Assembly: GCA_000004985.1 (NCBI GenBank)
Contig: GG738845.1
DNA length: 64,000 bases
Source of the DNA: Naegleria gruberi
Taxonomy: Eukaryota
Strand: one strand, 5' to 3'
The translations under genes and the position numbers were made by a program. Below, piece by piece: positions 31,280-43,042 of the stretch. Numbering within the stretch: position 1 is the first letter of the stretch; every line of letters starts with the position of its first letter. The notes under the pieces are model-generated. The model saw only the letters and a program-made list of their open reading frames with translations. It had not been told where the DNA came from and searched no databases.

Positions 31280-32638
31280 ATGTCCTACTCTCCAACCCAA
31301 ATACAACATACACAAGTACAAGAGGACGATGAAGAGCAATCTAATGGTAGCGAATCTCCACAAGAAGAATCATCTCACTCTTATATAGCCACACAAATAC
31401 AAGATAACGATGATATGTATGATGAGGAAGATGATCAACCTACAGAACAACCTACAGAAGAGCAATATCATGATGAGGAAGAACAATCCGAGGAAAAACA
31501 ACAGAAAGAGTTAGAGTTTGATGAAGAAGAAAAAGAAGAACCAAAGAAATCATCCAAAAAAAAGAAAAAGAAATTAGAAGTGAAAGAAAAAAAGAGAAGA
31601 CAAAAAAAGGATGATGATGATGACTACCAAGATGAGGAAGAGAGTGAAAAATCAGTCAATGAAGAGGATGAAAACAATGACGAAGAAGTGGATAAAAAAA
31701 AGAAAAGAAAAAGATTACAAAAAGGAAAAGAAAAAAGGAAGAAAAAGAAGGAATCAAATGAAGAAACTAGTCCTTCCAATGAGGATGACTCTTCTCTAAT
31801 CCATGATGAGGAAAATGAAGGATCGTCTCGATCAAAACAAAATGTGGATGATGACGAATTCAACAAGTATGTTTTGAAAGAGGTCAAATCACGTCGTTCA
31901 GCTTCTACAGATAAATTGGAAGCTACAGCACAGCCACAAGCAGCAGAGATTATAAAACGTATGACTGCTGCCTACTCTGATGATGTGGAGGCATATCACA
32001 AGAAGAAACCTGCTCTTAACAAGTTACAACTTCTTCCTGAAGTTATTGAATCTTGTAAAAAGATTTATTTACAAGGCCATTTAATCTCCGAAGGTATCTT
32101 GGGAGCATTGGAGAAGTGGATAGTACCTGATAAGGATTTACCACACCCAAGTATCAATATTCAAACTGGAGTGTTGACAATTTTAAATGATTTACCAGTT
32201 TCATCATCATATGAAGGAGATGAAAAATGGATTACAAGAGAATTATTGAAATCATCCAAGATTCCAAAAACAATCAAACAAATTGCTAACAATCCATCAA
32301 CAACACCAAGCAATAGAAAGTTGGCTAAAAAAATTGTTGAACGATGGAGCAGATTAGTATATCAATTACCATCAGAATACGGAGAATTGTACAAAAAGCA
32401 AGCCGTGATGGTGGATGAAACTCCACAACCATCACCAAAACAAACCTCTTCATTTTCTAAATCTTCAGAACCAATCCAAAGGAAGAAACCTAAATCCAAT
32501 TCAATCAGGGCTAGTATTCCAAGGAAAGAAAGTTTTGATTTTACACGATTACCTCCATCTAAACCACTCCTTAAAAAAGAAAAGGCAGAAAATGAAGTTC
32601 ACAAGAGATTGTTGAATGTGGGCAACAGAAAAAGATAA
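31280..32638 (+). CDS. IWS1: IWS1/Spn1-family transcription elongation factor with an acidic and basic N-terminus and a TFIIS-N-like domain
   Basis: Conserved block PALNKLQLLPEVIESCKKIYLQGHLISEGILGALEKWI...IAN...KLAKKIVERWSR. Confidence 0.65.
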   Translation: MSYSPTQIQHTQVQEDDEEQSNGSESPQEESSHSYIATQIQDNDDMYDEEDDQPTEQPTEEQYHDEEEQSEEKQQKELEFDEEEKEEPKKSSKKKKKKLEVKEKKRRQKKDDDDDYQDEEESEKSVNEEDENNDEEVDKKKKRKRLQKGKEKRKKKKESNEETSPSNEDDSSLIHDEENEGSSRSKQNVDDDEFNKYVLKEVKSRRSASTDKLEATAQPQAAEIIKRMTAAYSDDVEAYHKKKPALNKLQLLPEVIESCKKIYLQGHLISEGILGALEKWIVPDKDLPHPSINIQTGVLTILNDLPVSSSYEGDEKWITRELLKSSKIPKTIKQIANNPSTTPSNRKLAKKIVERWSRLVYQLPSEYGELYKKQAVMVDETPQPSPKQTSSFSKSSEPIQRKKPKSNSIRASIPRKESFDFTRLPPSKPLLKKEKAENEVHKRLLNVGNRKR

Positions 32639-32701
32639 TCAATTCATTTCCGAAATAAAATCGAATGGTGTTTCATTAGCAAAAGATTTTTTAATAAAAA
32701 A

Positions 32702-35107
32702 ATGAGCTTAAATTCACCAACCTCCCTGCAACATACCTCTTCTGTTGCAGCTATCAACGAGATCATAGAGGAATTTATTACCTGTACTTGGGAAACTCTT
32801 CCTAATGATGTGAGAGAGGTGCTAGGAGGAAATAAACAAATGTTTGAAAAAATCTTGAAAGATTATGCTATGGAAAGACAAATACCATATGAACAAGCTC
32901 CTGTACAATTATTGTTGATGAGTAAGAGAGATTATTATTTGGAGATGGTAGAATATTTGAGAAATAATTTGAGAGTAAGTTCTTGATCACGTGTTATATT
33001 TTTGATCACATAATCTTTCTTCGGGATGAATAGTTATTTCCATACCAATTTTCTGATGTTGTCATCAACGAGTTGGGTATTTTACCATTTAGTTTTTATA
33101 TTGAAATGGTATTTACAATTATGAAGAATGAAAAATCGTACGATATTCTTCCTAATTTTACAGCTGCAGATGTAAATAGATTATTGGGAATTGGAAGAAA
33201 TCAATATATTGATATTATGAACAAAGTTAGAAGTAAAAAATGGACTTGGAGATTCAATAAGAATATTATAAGAGAACAATTACCTTTACAACCAATTGAT
33301 ACAAAAATAGACTATTGGTGGATTGTTGATTGTTTTCCAATGCCTCAACAAGAATTTCTAAAAATTTATAATGTGAGTTTAGTTTTAACATTGATCATTA
33401 ATCATTCTCATTATCAATAACAGACACTCACCACTGATGAGGCTATTGCAGTAGCTATGGTAAAAAATGAAGGTAAAATTCTAGCTTGTAGAATTTCCTA
33501 TCCAGAGCTAATATCAATTTACAAGAAAGGTCTAGTACATTTTCATGTACCTATCAATAGCGATGATTATATAGTAATACCACCTTTGAAGGGATTTATT
33601 ATGAATAGAACGCCAAATGATCATTTTGAAAAGTTACTTTATGATATCCTTGTTACATTGGATGAAAGAACTACAGTTGGACAGTTAGCTAATATTTTAC
33701 AAGTAGATGAAAATATCATTAAATCTGCAGTCTCTGTGTGCTGTAGATTAGGGTTTGCTAAAAAAAGAGTGGCTAAACCAAAGAATCTATCTGAAACAAG
33801 TGAAGATCAATATAAAAATATTTGGCAACCCTTCATAGATGAATACCACGAAGAGCTAGTCAAGGATGAATCCAATGCCACAAGTGAAAAATTATCAACA
33901 GAAAATAATGCTATTATTAATTTTACATCAAGTTTTGAGAATGGTGGTGAAAAAAAAAAGAGAATTGGATTCTTATTCGACTCATCCCTCACAGCATATT
34001 TAATGATGGGTAATTTAGCAGAAGGATTAAAAAATCATGCTGTAACACTCTTTGAAGTTGGAAAAATGCAAGATGAATTATTAGATGAATTTTTGAGGGA
34101 ATTGGATAAAGTAGTTTGTCCAACTGATAATGAAGGAGAAGCACTTAAATACTATACTCATGCAATTGCCTTAAGAAACACTTTGAGATTTTTGAGACAC
34201 AATCAAAACTTTGCCATGTCAGGATCTGATGGAGGTGTGGATATGTTAAGATGTGAGAGTTTGAATAATTTAGACCAAGGTACAAAAATGCGTATTATTG
34301 AAATGAATTATTCTATTCTGATAGCCACAGCTCCAATCGCTTCAAGGGCAATTAGTTTACCAAATTGTATTCCTAACTTTTATGGACCTCCAATTCCTCA
34401 TGTTTCTTCTCCATGGTTCAAAATTTATGTATATACTTGTTGTGAAATGGGACCTCCATCAGTACTTTTTGTAAAAGGACAACGTATCAAAAAATTACCA
34501 AATATGATTGAAAATAACGAAAAAATAATGATTTCTGGATGGGAACAAGAACCTTATGCTGTACATNNNNNNNNNNNNNNNNNNNNNNNNNNNNNNNNNN
34601 NNNNNNNNNNNNNNNNNNNNNNNNNNNNNNNNNNNNNNNNNNNNNNNNNNNNNNNNNNNNNNNNNNNNNNNNNNNNNNNNNNNNNNNNNNNNNNNNNNNN
34701 NNNNNNNNNNNNNNNNNNNNNNNNNNNNNNNNNNNNNNNNNNNNNNNNNNNNNNNNNNNNNNNNNNNNNNNNNNNNNNNNNNNNNNNNNNNNNNNNNNNN
34801 NNNNNNNNNNNNNNNNNNNNNNNNNNNNNNNNNNNNNNNNNNNNNNNNNNNNNNNNNNNNNNNNNNNNNNNNNNNNNNNNNNNNNNNNNNNNNNCAAAGA
34901 GTTTGTGATGTAGTTATTAAGAGAAACCTATTTAATGAGGAAAATTTGAAGAATCATACAACACAAATGAAATTAATGTGTGATGAATTTATGCAGTTTA
35001 TCCAAAGCAACTCTGATGATACATGCATATCAGATCAAACACAAGTACCTTATCCTTCAAAACCTGTATTCTTTGATGGTACTTCTTTGAAACAATATAG
35101 ATTTTAA
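32702..35107 (+). CDS. FAM91A1: FAM91 family protein (FAM91A1 ortholog, a WDR11-complex partner). Exons are 32702-32974, 33034-33372 and 33424 onward; introns are 32975-33033 (59 nt) and 33373-33423 (51 nt, GTGAGT). A 328-nt assembly gap sits inside the last exon region.
   Basis: Colinear matches to FAM91A1: NEKSYDILPNFTAADVNRLLGIGRNQYIDIMN; KKGLVHFHVPINSDDYIVIPPLKGFIMNR; RIGFLFDSSLTAYLMMGNLAEGLKNHAVTLFEVGKMQDE; and the C-terminal VPYPSKPVFFDG. Confidence 0.8.
34567..34894. other. Assembly gap (328 N) inside the FAM91 gene
   Basis: Run of n characters. Confidence 0.99.
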
Positions 35108-35155
35108 TTTGCTTCAATAAATTAATTGTAACAAAATTAATAATTATTAAAAAAA

Positions 35156-36997
35156 ATGTTGAACAACACCCGAAGAATTTGCGTATCATCTTTCCAGCAG
35201 ATGATTCGGGAATCTTCCCTCAAGACGTCAATTCCTATAGAAAAATATAATTGGAATCAATCAAGAAATTATAATTTCAACAAATTATATCTAGCTAGTA
35301 TTCAGTCAGAATTTGGTTCAATAGGAAAATCAGTTCCTGAAAAGAATAGATTTCCAATGATAAAAACAAAATCTGGAAAACATATCCAATATATTGACCA
35401 ATGTATGGTAAGAGTGAAGGGAGGAAATGGAGGAAATGGTTATGTTCATTTTCTGAGAGAAAAATATAAACCTATCGGAAAGGCAAGTGGAGGTGATGGA
35501 GGAAGTGGAGGAAGTGTTTTTATTAAATCAGTTGATAGTAGACGTTCTTTGTGTGATATTGATTTTATCCAAAAAGCTCCTGATGGAGAAAATGGTCAAA
35601 AGAGAAACAAGAATGGAAGAAAAGGCGTAAATACATATATTTATGTCCCTTTAGGTACACAAATTTTTGATGCCGATACAAAGGAATTAGTTGCAGATCT
35701 TCAAAATGATGGTGATGAAGTGTTGGTAGTTAAAGGAGGTAAAGGTGGATTGGGAAATCAACATTTTTCTTCTAGTACAAACCGTAGTCCACAACAAAGT
35801 CTTGATGGTATAAAAGGTGAACAAAGAATTCTCAAATTGAAACTGAAAACAATAGCAGATGTAGGGTTGTTAGGATATCCAAATGCTGGAAAGTCCACTC
35901 TGTTAGGTTCTATTTCAACAGCCAAACCTAAAGTTGCTGCCTATTCATTCACAACACTTCATCCTACTGTGGGAGAAGTTTATCATAGCGAAAGTGGTTT
36001 TACTTTTTCTTGTGCAGATATTCCTGGATTAATCGAAGGAATGAATAGCAAACTAAAAACAAAAGGTTTAGGCCATGATTTCTTGCAACATATTGAAAGA
36101 ACAAAACTTTTACTCTATGTTGTGGATGTAAGTGGTCTAGAAGGTATGGGTATTCAATACAATGAAGAGACTGGAGATGTCAAATATGAATTTATTACGG
36201 ATTCTTCACCATTTGATTATAGTAAGAATACAGAAGAATCTAAATTATTGTCTAGGCAATCTGAAAAAAGAATGTCAGTTCTTTCACCAAAAACATCATA
36301 TGATGATGATGTGTTTGATATAAAATCATCTGCCATGATGGACTATTTTGGAGAGGAAGCAGATACAGTATTGGACGATTTGGAAGATGATGATGTTATG
36401 ATAAATAATTCTCGTATGGAAAAACTGAGTAAAAGAAGACAGGCTCAGGAAAGATTTAGAAACAGAACTCCCTTACTTCGAACAATTACGCAAGATGAGT
36501 CAATAGAATTAAATAGGGAAGTAAGAGATTCACAATATCATAACCAAGAAATTGATGAAGAAATTGATGAAGAAATTGATGAAATTGTATATCACCACTC
36601 TAGTATGGATAGAACAGATCCAGAAAACACTTCTATTAACCATGATCCATATGCCAATACTATTCTTGATACCTTACCTGAATTTAAGAGGAAACAAAGA
36701 CTATATCAACCATGGGATGTTTTGAGATTACTTAAAAAAGAGGTAGAACTCTACATGCCAGGTCTTTCAGATAGAGCACAATGCATTATTGCAAACAAAA
36801 TGGATGTTCCTGGTGCTGAAAAGAATTTTGAAAAGTTAAAAGAATTCGTACAAAGCGAGTTTGGTGACATTCCAGTAATACCAGTTTCTGCCAAAGATAG
36901 TGTAAATGTTGAGAATGTAAAGACTTTCTGCATTGAATATTTGGAAAAGAATAAGAAAAAATTGGAGCAAATGCAACCTCAATCAGATCTTTACTAA
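35156..36997 (+). CDS. Obg-family GTPase (mitochondrial Mtg2/GTPBP5-like) with an N-terminal presequence-like region and a low-complexity acidic insertion of about 180 aa in the G domain
   Basis: Obg fold glycine-rich repeats (VKGGNGGNGYVHF, GGDGGSGGSV, VKGGKGGLGN) and G1 motif GYPNAGKST. The insertion contains EIDEEIDEEIDE. Confidence 0.85.
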   Translation: MLNNTRRICVSSFQQMIRESSLKTSIPIEKYNWNQSRNYNFNKLYLASIQSEFGSIGKSVPEKNRFPMIKTKSGKHIQYIDQCMVRVKGGNGGNGYVHFLREKYKPIGKASGGDGGSGGSVFIKSVDSRRSLCDIDFIQKAPDGENGQKRNKNGRKGVNTYIYVPLGTQIFDADTKELVADLQNDGDEVLVVKGGKGGLGNQHFSSSTNRSPQQSLDGIKGEQRILKLKLKTIADVGLLGYPNAGKSTLLGSISTAKPKVAAYSFTTLHPTVGEVYHSESGFTFSCADIPGLIEGMNSKLKTKGLGHDFLQHIERTKLLLYVVDVSGLEGMGIQYNEETGDVKYEFITDSSPFDYSKNTEESKLLSRQSEKRMSVLSPKTSYDDDVFDIKSSAMMDYFGEEADTVLDDLEDDDVMINNSRMEKLSKRRQAQERFRNRTPLLRTITQDESIELNREVRDSQYHNQEIDEEIDEEIDEIVYHHSSMDRTDPENTSINHDPYANTILDTLPEFKRKQRLYQPWDVLRLLKKEVELYMPGLSDRAQCIIANKMDVPGAEKNFEKLKEFVQSEFGDIPVIPVSAKDSVNVENVKTFCIEYLEKNKKKLEQMQPQSDLY

Positions 36998-37034
36998 ACT
37001 TGTCATTAGAATATTAAAAGGAAGAGTAATTTGG

Positions 37035-37928
37035 TTATTCAATCTTCTTTTTAGCAATGTAGTTAGTGTAGAAAAATTGAATAAATTGTAAGATCAAAGT
37101 ACCATTAACAAGATGAGAAAAAATTCCTGCATAATACCCATTAGAACAATGGTTTTCACCTTTGATGAAGAACCAATATGAAACAAGTAAGAAACCAGAA
37201 AATAATTGAACAATTTGACCACCAGTTAGGATATTCTTCCATTTAAGTACCTTTCCTCTTGCTGCTTGCAAATAATAATAGTACATGATTGTGTGGATTA
37301 TTGACTGAACAGTAATGGTATAGGAAATCAAATTTGATAGATCCATGGCTTGTTAAATTTAACAATTAAATTTGATACCTACGTTAACAAATATACACCA
37401 CCAGGAGCCAATAAACCAAGGGTCCTTAAGCCAACTCCAAGTAATCCAAATCATTATTAAATGATGATACACATGAAGGACAATTAAGGGTTTTTTCTTA
37501 ACAACAATCAACAATGTATCCACCAATTCGTAGTATTTGGAAAGGTGATAAACAAACACCCAAAAGGCTACAGGCCCATTGGTCATTAACTTTGATTCCT
37601 TGTCATCATCGGGGCAAATTGCTCCTCTGAAAACACCTTCATCTAAACATCTTTGATAAATCTCATATATAATACCACACATCATGGAAAAGGAAAGTAC
37701 AATCAAAATGAGGTTGTGTAGTTGTGTGAGGGTGTACATTATTGGACCATCCTTGATCTTTTTACTATCAAGAGATTGTTCATTTGGTTCCACTCTCTTC
37801 TCGGTTCCAAGAAGTGTCTTTAGACCATATGAAACAATGAGGTAAAGAACGGAAACAATAAGTGGAAGTTTAAAATCCAAAACCCATTCATGATTTTTCA
37901 CGTCAAAGTTGGAGAAATAATTGAGCAT
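37035..37928 (-). CDS. ELO-family fatty-acid elongase; two exons 37383-37928 and 37035-37348 joined by a 34-nt intron (37349-37382, GTAGGT..AAG)
   Basis: Histidine box LHVYHH and the downstream IHTIMYYYY motif. The two exons are track ORFs 37359..37928 and 37035..37346. Confidence 0.8.
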
Positions 37929-38048
37929 TTTTTTTGTACGAATTTGTCTCAGACAATTTGTGAATCATCAAAATTGATGCTGGTAAGCGAATTACCCGTT
38001 GTGAAAACAAGGATGGATATCTTTTAAAAGAAGCTAACAAGACTTTTG

Positions 38049-38070
38049 TTGAACCAATCCTTTGGTTCAA
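38049..38070. other. Perfect 9-bp stem and 4-nt loop hairpin (TTGAACCAA tcct TTGGTTCAA) downstream of the K+ channel gene's stop codon
   Basis: Direct inverted repeat in the spacer between the K+ channel 3' end and the ELO gene start. Confidence 0.4.
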
Positions 38071-38100
38071 TTAAGGAAAATCAAATGAGCTGTTGGGTTG

Positions 38101-39845
38101 CTACTCATTATTTGAATTTATTGACACAAGAGAACTTCTTGTTTCAATCTTTTGCTCAAACTCTTTAAATAATTTCCACCGTTTCTTGCTCTCTGTACTT
38201 GGGAAAATCTTGGCCAGAGTGAATGAAAAAAGTTCTTGAACTAATGCCACTAAAACTCCCATAAAGGCAACCCCATACAATACAAAAAATATTAAAATTA
38301 CCTTAGAAGCTGTATCTGTAATAAATATTAACATCATATATAGAAAATCAATTACGTACGTGTTACATAAACATCCCCAAAACCTATTGTTGTCAAACTA
38401 ATGATTGTAAAATAGAGTGACCTTAAAAAGGTCCAATTTTCGTTCTTACCACTTTCCAGGCTCAAAAAGATACAAGCACCAATTACACAATAAGTAATAA
38501 TAAACAAAACAAAGTAACAAAGTTGAGCATATGGGTTTGTCAAACCTTTTCGAATAGTATTTGTTAAAAAATATCTCAACCTTGTTCTACTTATTATCAA
38601 TCTGAGCATTCTCTCGATGGTTATAGATATAAAGTGAAGAACAAAGTTAATGTTTTGAAGTAAACGTTTGCCAATAATTGATATTAAAAACGAGATCCAA
38701 ATTATACCAAAAATAGCATGAATAATCACCAGTATTTCCCCTGCAACAGTAATCGGTGAGTAGTCACCATAACCTATTGTTAGCATTGTTACTGCACTGA
38801 AATAAAAAGCAGATAAATAGTTCCATTTTGGAAGATTCTCCAAGGTGTAAACAATTGTTGAATTTGAGTTTGATAAGCCTCCTTCCTTTTCTTCCAATTG
38901 TTGCAATTCGTTCATTCCCTCAGTAATCCATATGGATATGCAAAATAATGCCATGAAAAGTAGACATATAATTGTCATTGAAACTACCCACAAACAATTA
39001 TTAAGAAATTGCCTTTTAGACATCATTGTGGATTCTTTCTTTTCCCTTAATTGTAATATATCAATAGTGCCATAGTATTTAATATAGTCTCTATATTTTG
39101 CAAAATAATATTCATGTCTATTCAAAATACATATATAAACTGTGTCACAAATGTACAACTCAGTATCAATATTTTCCATTGTTTTGTCAAAGCCATGAAG
39201 ATCATAAAACTCGTTCAAGTATTCCTCTACATCCTCTATGTCAGGCAATGACATTTTTAACATTTCCAAGTTGTTATAATTAACACAATAGCCTTTGGAA
39301 AAATGACTTTCAGGCCAAAAACATTGAGATATTACACAAAACTTGTCTTTAGAGAAGTTTGCTCGAGTACTGGGATGATTACGTGAAAAGGTTGTTCCAT
39401 CCTCTTTAATAATATTCACAGGTTCAGAATCCATTTTTTTTCCTTTTTCCTTTAAGGTATTAGATTGTAGAACTTCATCTTTGGGTTGTGAAGAATATTC
39501 CTCATGAAAATACTCTGAATAAATATCAAATCGTTTAAATAAAATGGATTGTCCATCTTGGTCCTTTTGATTTGTGAATGTCTTTAACTCTTGTTGAAAT
39601 TCGTCGTCTTTGTGAGAAGTTGCTCCCTCATTACTAAAAAAAGAATCGGAAAGGAGTTGGTTTAATCTAGCTAAGTGGTTCAGTGTATGGAGAGGTTGAT
39701 TGCCAATAGTATGATATTGAATTGTTACATTATTAGTCCCATCATCAGACCAACGTTGGTCAGTTATTTCAACGGGGTTTAACGTTATTTCCACATCTTC
39801 CTCATTCCTTAATAATTGTTTATTGGAGAGCAACCGCTCTTCCAT
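38101..39845 (-). CDS. Two-pore-domain K+ channel (K2P/TOK-like); exons 38360-39845 and 38101-38315 joined by a 44-nt intron (38316-38359)
   Basis: Two pore-loop signatures, TMLTIGYGDYSP and SLTTIGFGDVYVT, each flanked by hydrophobic helices. The last transmembrane helix lies in the second exon. Confidence 0.75.
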
Positions 39846-40050
39846 TTTTTTTAATGATCAAAATTAAAGCTTCTCTAAAACTCACAACAAATTAATGGTG
39901 GTTTTAGCTGTGAAAATCAGTAAGATATTTTGAAGGCAAGTACTTACTGTACCATCCAGCTCGAATTGAATCAAGATCATCTCTATTTAGCAATTCATTT
40001 AGAGTTGCAAAAGTGTTAAACATACATTTATTTACAATAATTTACAAAGT

Positions 40051-40509
40051 TTAGAAAGTGAATTGTGATTCTTGTTCATTTTCCATCATTTGGTCTTGAG
40101 TTGTTATTACTTTTAGAATTGTCTTCCTACTTGTTTCCTGTAACTCTCCATTCACAAAAACTTCATCCAAAATAAAGTACGCTTTGTGGAAATTTAAAAT
40201 TAAATCCAATTCACAGACATTTCCAAAATATTTATCTAATACCTCCACAAAATGGTGTATCATTTCCATAGCAATTAACTCGTTATCATCCTTGTCTATG
40301 CAAGCAACAAAATAAAGTGATGCATATCGTTTAAAAACCAATTTATGTTCTTTAAAATCGAGAAAGTTACTCAACTTTGATGGTCTTCCGACAACCATAT
40401 GAGCAACTTCCTTTACTATTCTTGCTCTTTCATTTTGTGAGTAGGTTGAATACCATTTGGCGAGACGAACCTTTGACTGTCTTGATATTAAAAGAACAAA
40501 ATGAATCAT
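40051..40509 (-). CDS. Clathrin adaptor complex small (sigma) subunit, closest to AP-1 sigma
   Basis: Near-identity across the family core (MIHFVLLISRQSKVRLAKWY...KRYASLYFVACID.DDNELIAMEMIHHFVEVLDKYFGNVCELDLILNFHKAYFILDEV). The true start is the internal Met; the 5' extension of track ORF 40051..40608 is an artefact. Confidence 0.85.
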   Translation of the reverse strand: MIHFVLLISRQSKVRLAKWYSTYSQNERARIVKEVAHMVVGRPSKLSNFLDFKEHKLVFKRYASLYFVACIDKDDNELIAMEMIHHFVEVLDKYFGNVCELDLILNFHKAYFILDEVFVNGELQETSRKTILKVITTQDQMMENEQESQFTF

Positions 40510-40537
40510 TTTTTTTATGATGATGTCAGCAATAAAT

Positions 40538-41566
40538 TTATTGTTTGATTTTCTTTGTTGGAGGTTGTGGTGTTTTTGTTTCTGTTGTTGGAGTAGAGGT
40601 TGAATCATTTGATGAAGTGGGCGTTGATGATGAAAGCTTTCTTTTTCCGTATAAAAACTTATCCATTCTCTCCATCATATCTAACTTCTTTGTTGTTTCT
40701 TCTGCAACTCCTTTTCTTGTGGCTCTGAAATTCTTTGTACCAATAGTTTTAATGTCTTGTTGTTGTACGTGAATCTTGGCTTGTACGTTACCTAGTTCAT
40801 CTCTGAAAACATTCTTTAAACGATCCTTGCTCTTTCTCAAAACATCTGGAATCTTCATGGCATTCTTCTTTAAATCATCAGAAGCCCATCTTGTTCTTCG
40901 GAGAGACAACTTCATTGATGGACCAATATCAACTAATTGAACATGAGGAGTTTTTTGACCACTCTTTTCAAAATTGATTTTGTAATGATTAAAAGCTAAA
41001 TTATTGCTATCAATAGCAGTAATTGAAATAACATGATCTAAACCTAATAAATTGATTGATGAAGGATCTTCAATTCTGAAAAAATCTAAAAACATGCTTC
41101 TAATAGTTTCAAATTGTGGATTGTTTTTAAATTCATCTCCTTTAAATACAATACAAGGCTTGCTTCCGAGATTGTTCAATAGGCTTGCCTTGGATTCCAT
41201 TTGTTTCAATTCACTTACTCCGAACTCAACCATATCTAAGATTTGTTGATCGAAACATCTTCCCATTATTATATTGTTTGGTCTTTTCTTTTGGTGGGAT
41301 CCAATAAGGAAAAGAGATGTATCTTCGGATTTTACTAGCTTTTCAATTGGTTGGACTTCTTCGAATGGTAACAAGTCGTGTGTTTCTTGTGTAAAGTTAA
41401 CAGAGAATGGTGTACGTAAGCGATGAAGATCTTGTAATAATGTCTTGAGATCCTTATTTACTTTTCTTCCGGACAAGATGAGGGATCTTTTTGGATTTTC
41501 AATAACTTTTGGCTTTCTGTCTTCTAAAAGTTTGGTTGCTTTTCTCTTGGCCTTTTTTCTAATCAT
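40538..41566 (-). CDS. RPF2: Ribosome production factor 2 (RPF2, Brix-domain protein)
   Basis: N-terminal MIRKKAKRKATKLLEDRKPKVIENPKRSLILSG...LLQDLHRLRTP, the Brix core, and LFLIGSHQKKRPNNIIMGR. Confidence 0.8.
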   Translation of the reverse strand: MIRKKAKRKATKLLEDRKPKVIENPKRSLILSGRKVNKDLKTLLQDLHRLRTPFSVNFTQETHDLLPFEEVQPIEKLVKSEDTSLFLIGSHQKKRPNNIIMGRCFDQQILDMVEFGVSELKQMESKASLLNNLGSKPCIVFKGDEFKNNPQFETIRSMFLDFFRIEDPSSINLLGLDHVISITAIDSNNLAFNHYKINFEKSGQKTPHVQLVDIGPSMKLSLRRTRWASDDLKKNAMKIPDVLRKSKDRLKNVFRDELGNVQAKIHVQQQDIKTIGTKNFRATRKGVAEETTKKLDMMERMDKFLYGKRKLSSSTPTSSNDSTSTPTTETKTPQPPTKKIKQ

Positions 41567-41839
41567 TTTAGATAATGATGGTTGTGAATTTTTTTTTCTG
41601 GTGTATTGTCTGCATTTTGTTTGAAGTAAAAATAAATCATGAAATATTTTGAAGAAAATTTATTTGATAAGATTTAATTTTGTTTAAAATAGTTTAAAAC
41701 CTATTGTTTATTATTTAATATTTCAATTTAATAATGTTATTTAATTTATTATTAATATATTTAAAAATGTAATTATTTATTGAACAACTGAAAAGCCGCA
41801 TCGTTCTAACAATTAAAAATAAAATAATTATCTAAAAAA

Positions 41840-42825
41840 ATGCAATTCCAACTTGATGCAGAAGGTAAGTTTGTTGTTTGTCTTAAGAAACAAATTGTTC
41901 AAACATATCCAATTCGTAAAAAGCATTCAGAAAAGTTCACCCATTGGAGTTTTATAACAAATTTTTACCGGAAGGCGTTAGACCTGATGGTAGACCATTG
42001 AACATGATACGAGAGACTGTTGTTTCATCGGGATCTTTGGGAAATTGTGAAGGATCATCTCTTGTAAAGACTGGAAATACAAGTGTTGTTTGTGGAATTA
42101 AAGCGGAAGTAATGATACCAACAGAAGATGCACCAAAAAATGGAAAAGTTGTCATTTCATTTGATTTTCCTTCTATTTGTGCAGCCGATGTTACTGGAAA
42201 TTGGGAAGAAATTAATGAAAAAAAAAGTGTAATTCAACAGAGATTGGCAGGAATATTTTATAATTGCAATGTTATGGATCTTAGTCAATTGTGTATAGAA
42301 GAAGGTAAAGCTGTTTGGGTTTTATATGCAGATTTATATTGTTTGGAAAATGATGGGAATGTATTCGATGCAGCACTTATTGCTTTATTAACAGCACTGA
42401 AAAATGGTGAGTTATTTTCATGAATTTAAATAATAACTTTTATTGAAATATAGTATCACTTCCAACTTGTCAAATAACGAAGGATGATGAGGCAATTGTC
42501 ACTAATGAAAATTCAAACATTAAACTTCAATTAGACCATTATCCAATACCATTGTCATTTGGTAATCTTTCAGAGTAAGTTTATTACAAAAATTTTCATC
42601 CAATTCTCTTTAAGATTTACAATAGTAGATCCAACAAGTGAAGAAGAATCACTATTGGCTTGGAAATTAACAATTGTTTATAATGAAAGAAATGAGTTAT
42701 GTTCGTTATTTAAACCTGGTGGAAAGTCTATCAAACAGTCAACATTAAATTATTGTTTAGAGATGGCCAAAAAGAGAACAGGAAAAATCATTTCAATGAT
42801 TGAAAAATCTGTTTCTGTCCAATAA
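41840..42825 (+). CDS. Exosome RNase-PH-like subunit (Rrp43/Rrp46/Mtr3 class, member unresolved) in four exons. Introns are 41865-41935 (approximate acceptor), 42407-42453 (GTGAGT) and 42575-42614 (GTAAGT).
   Basis: RNase PH N-terminal signature GVRPDGRPLNMIRETVVSSGSLGNCEGSSLVKTGNTSVVCGIKAEV. The three downstream introns restore a continuous reading frame. Confidence 0.7.
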
Positions 42826-43042
42826 AAACATTGACAAAAGAACCAATGCATTCTTTAATTATTAAATCCATTAAAAAATAGAATATTTTGCTTGCTAAAA
42901 ATAATTTAAAAAAAACGTTAAAACAAATTAACTTCATAAGTTATTAACCTCTCTAACATAAAAAAGATCATCATCTTGAGGTTTTAATAGGTTTTAAAAT
43001 TTATTTTAATAGTGGCAGAATAAATATACTGTATATAAAGGA

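Noticed and set aside
40538-40608. Overlap between the RPF2 ORF and the 5' extension of the AP sigma ORF
   Set aside because: The AP sigma protein aligns from its internal Met (MIHFVLLISRQ) at 40509. The upstream Q/N-rich extension is stop-free read-through of the 28-nt spacer and the RPF2 3' end.
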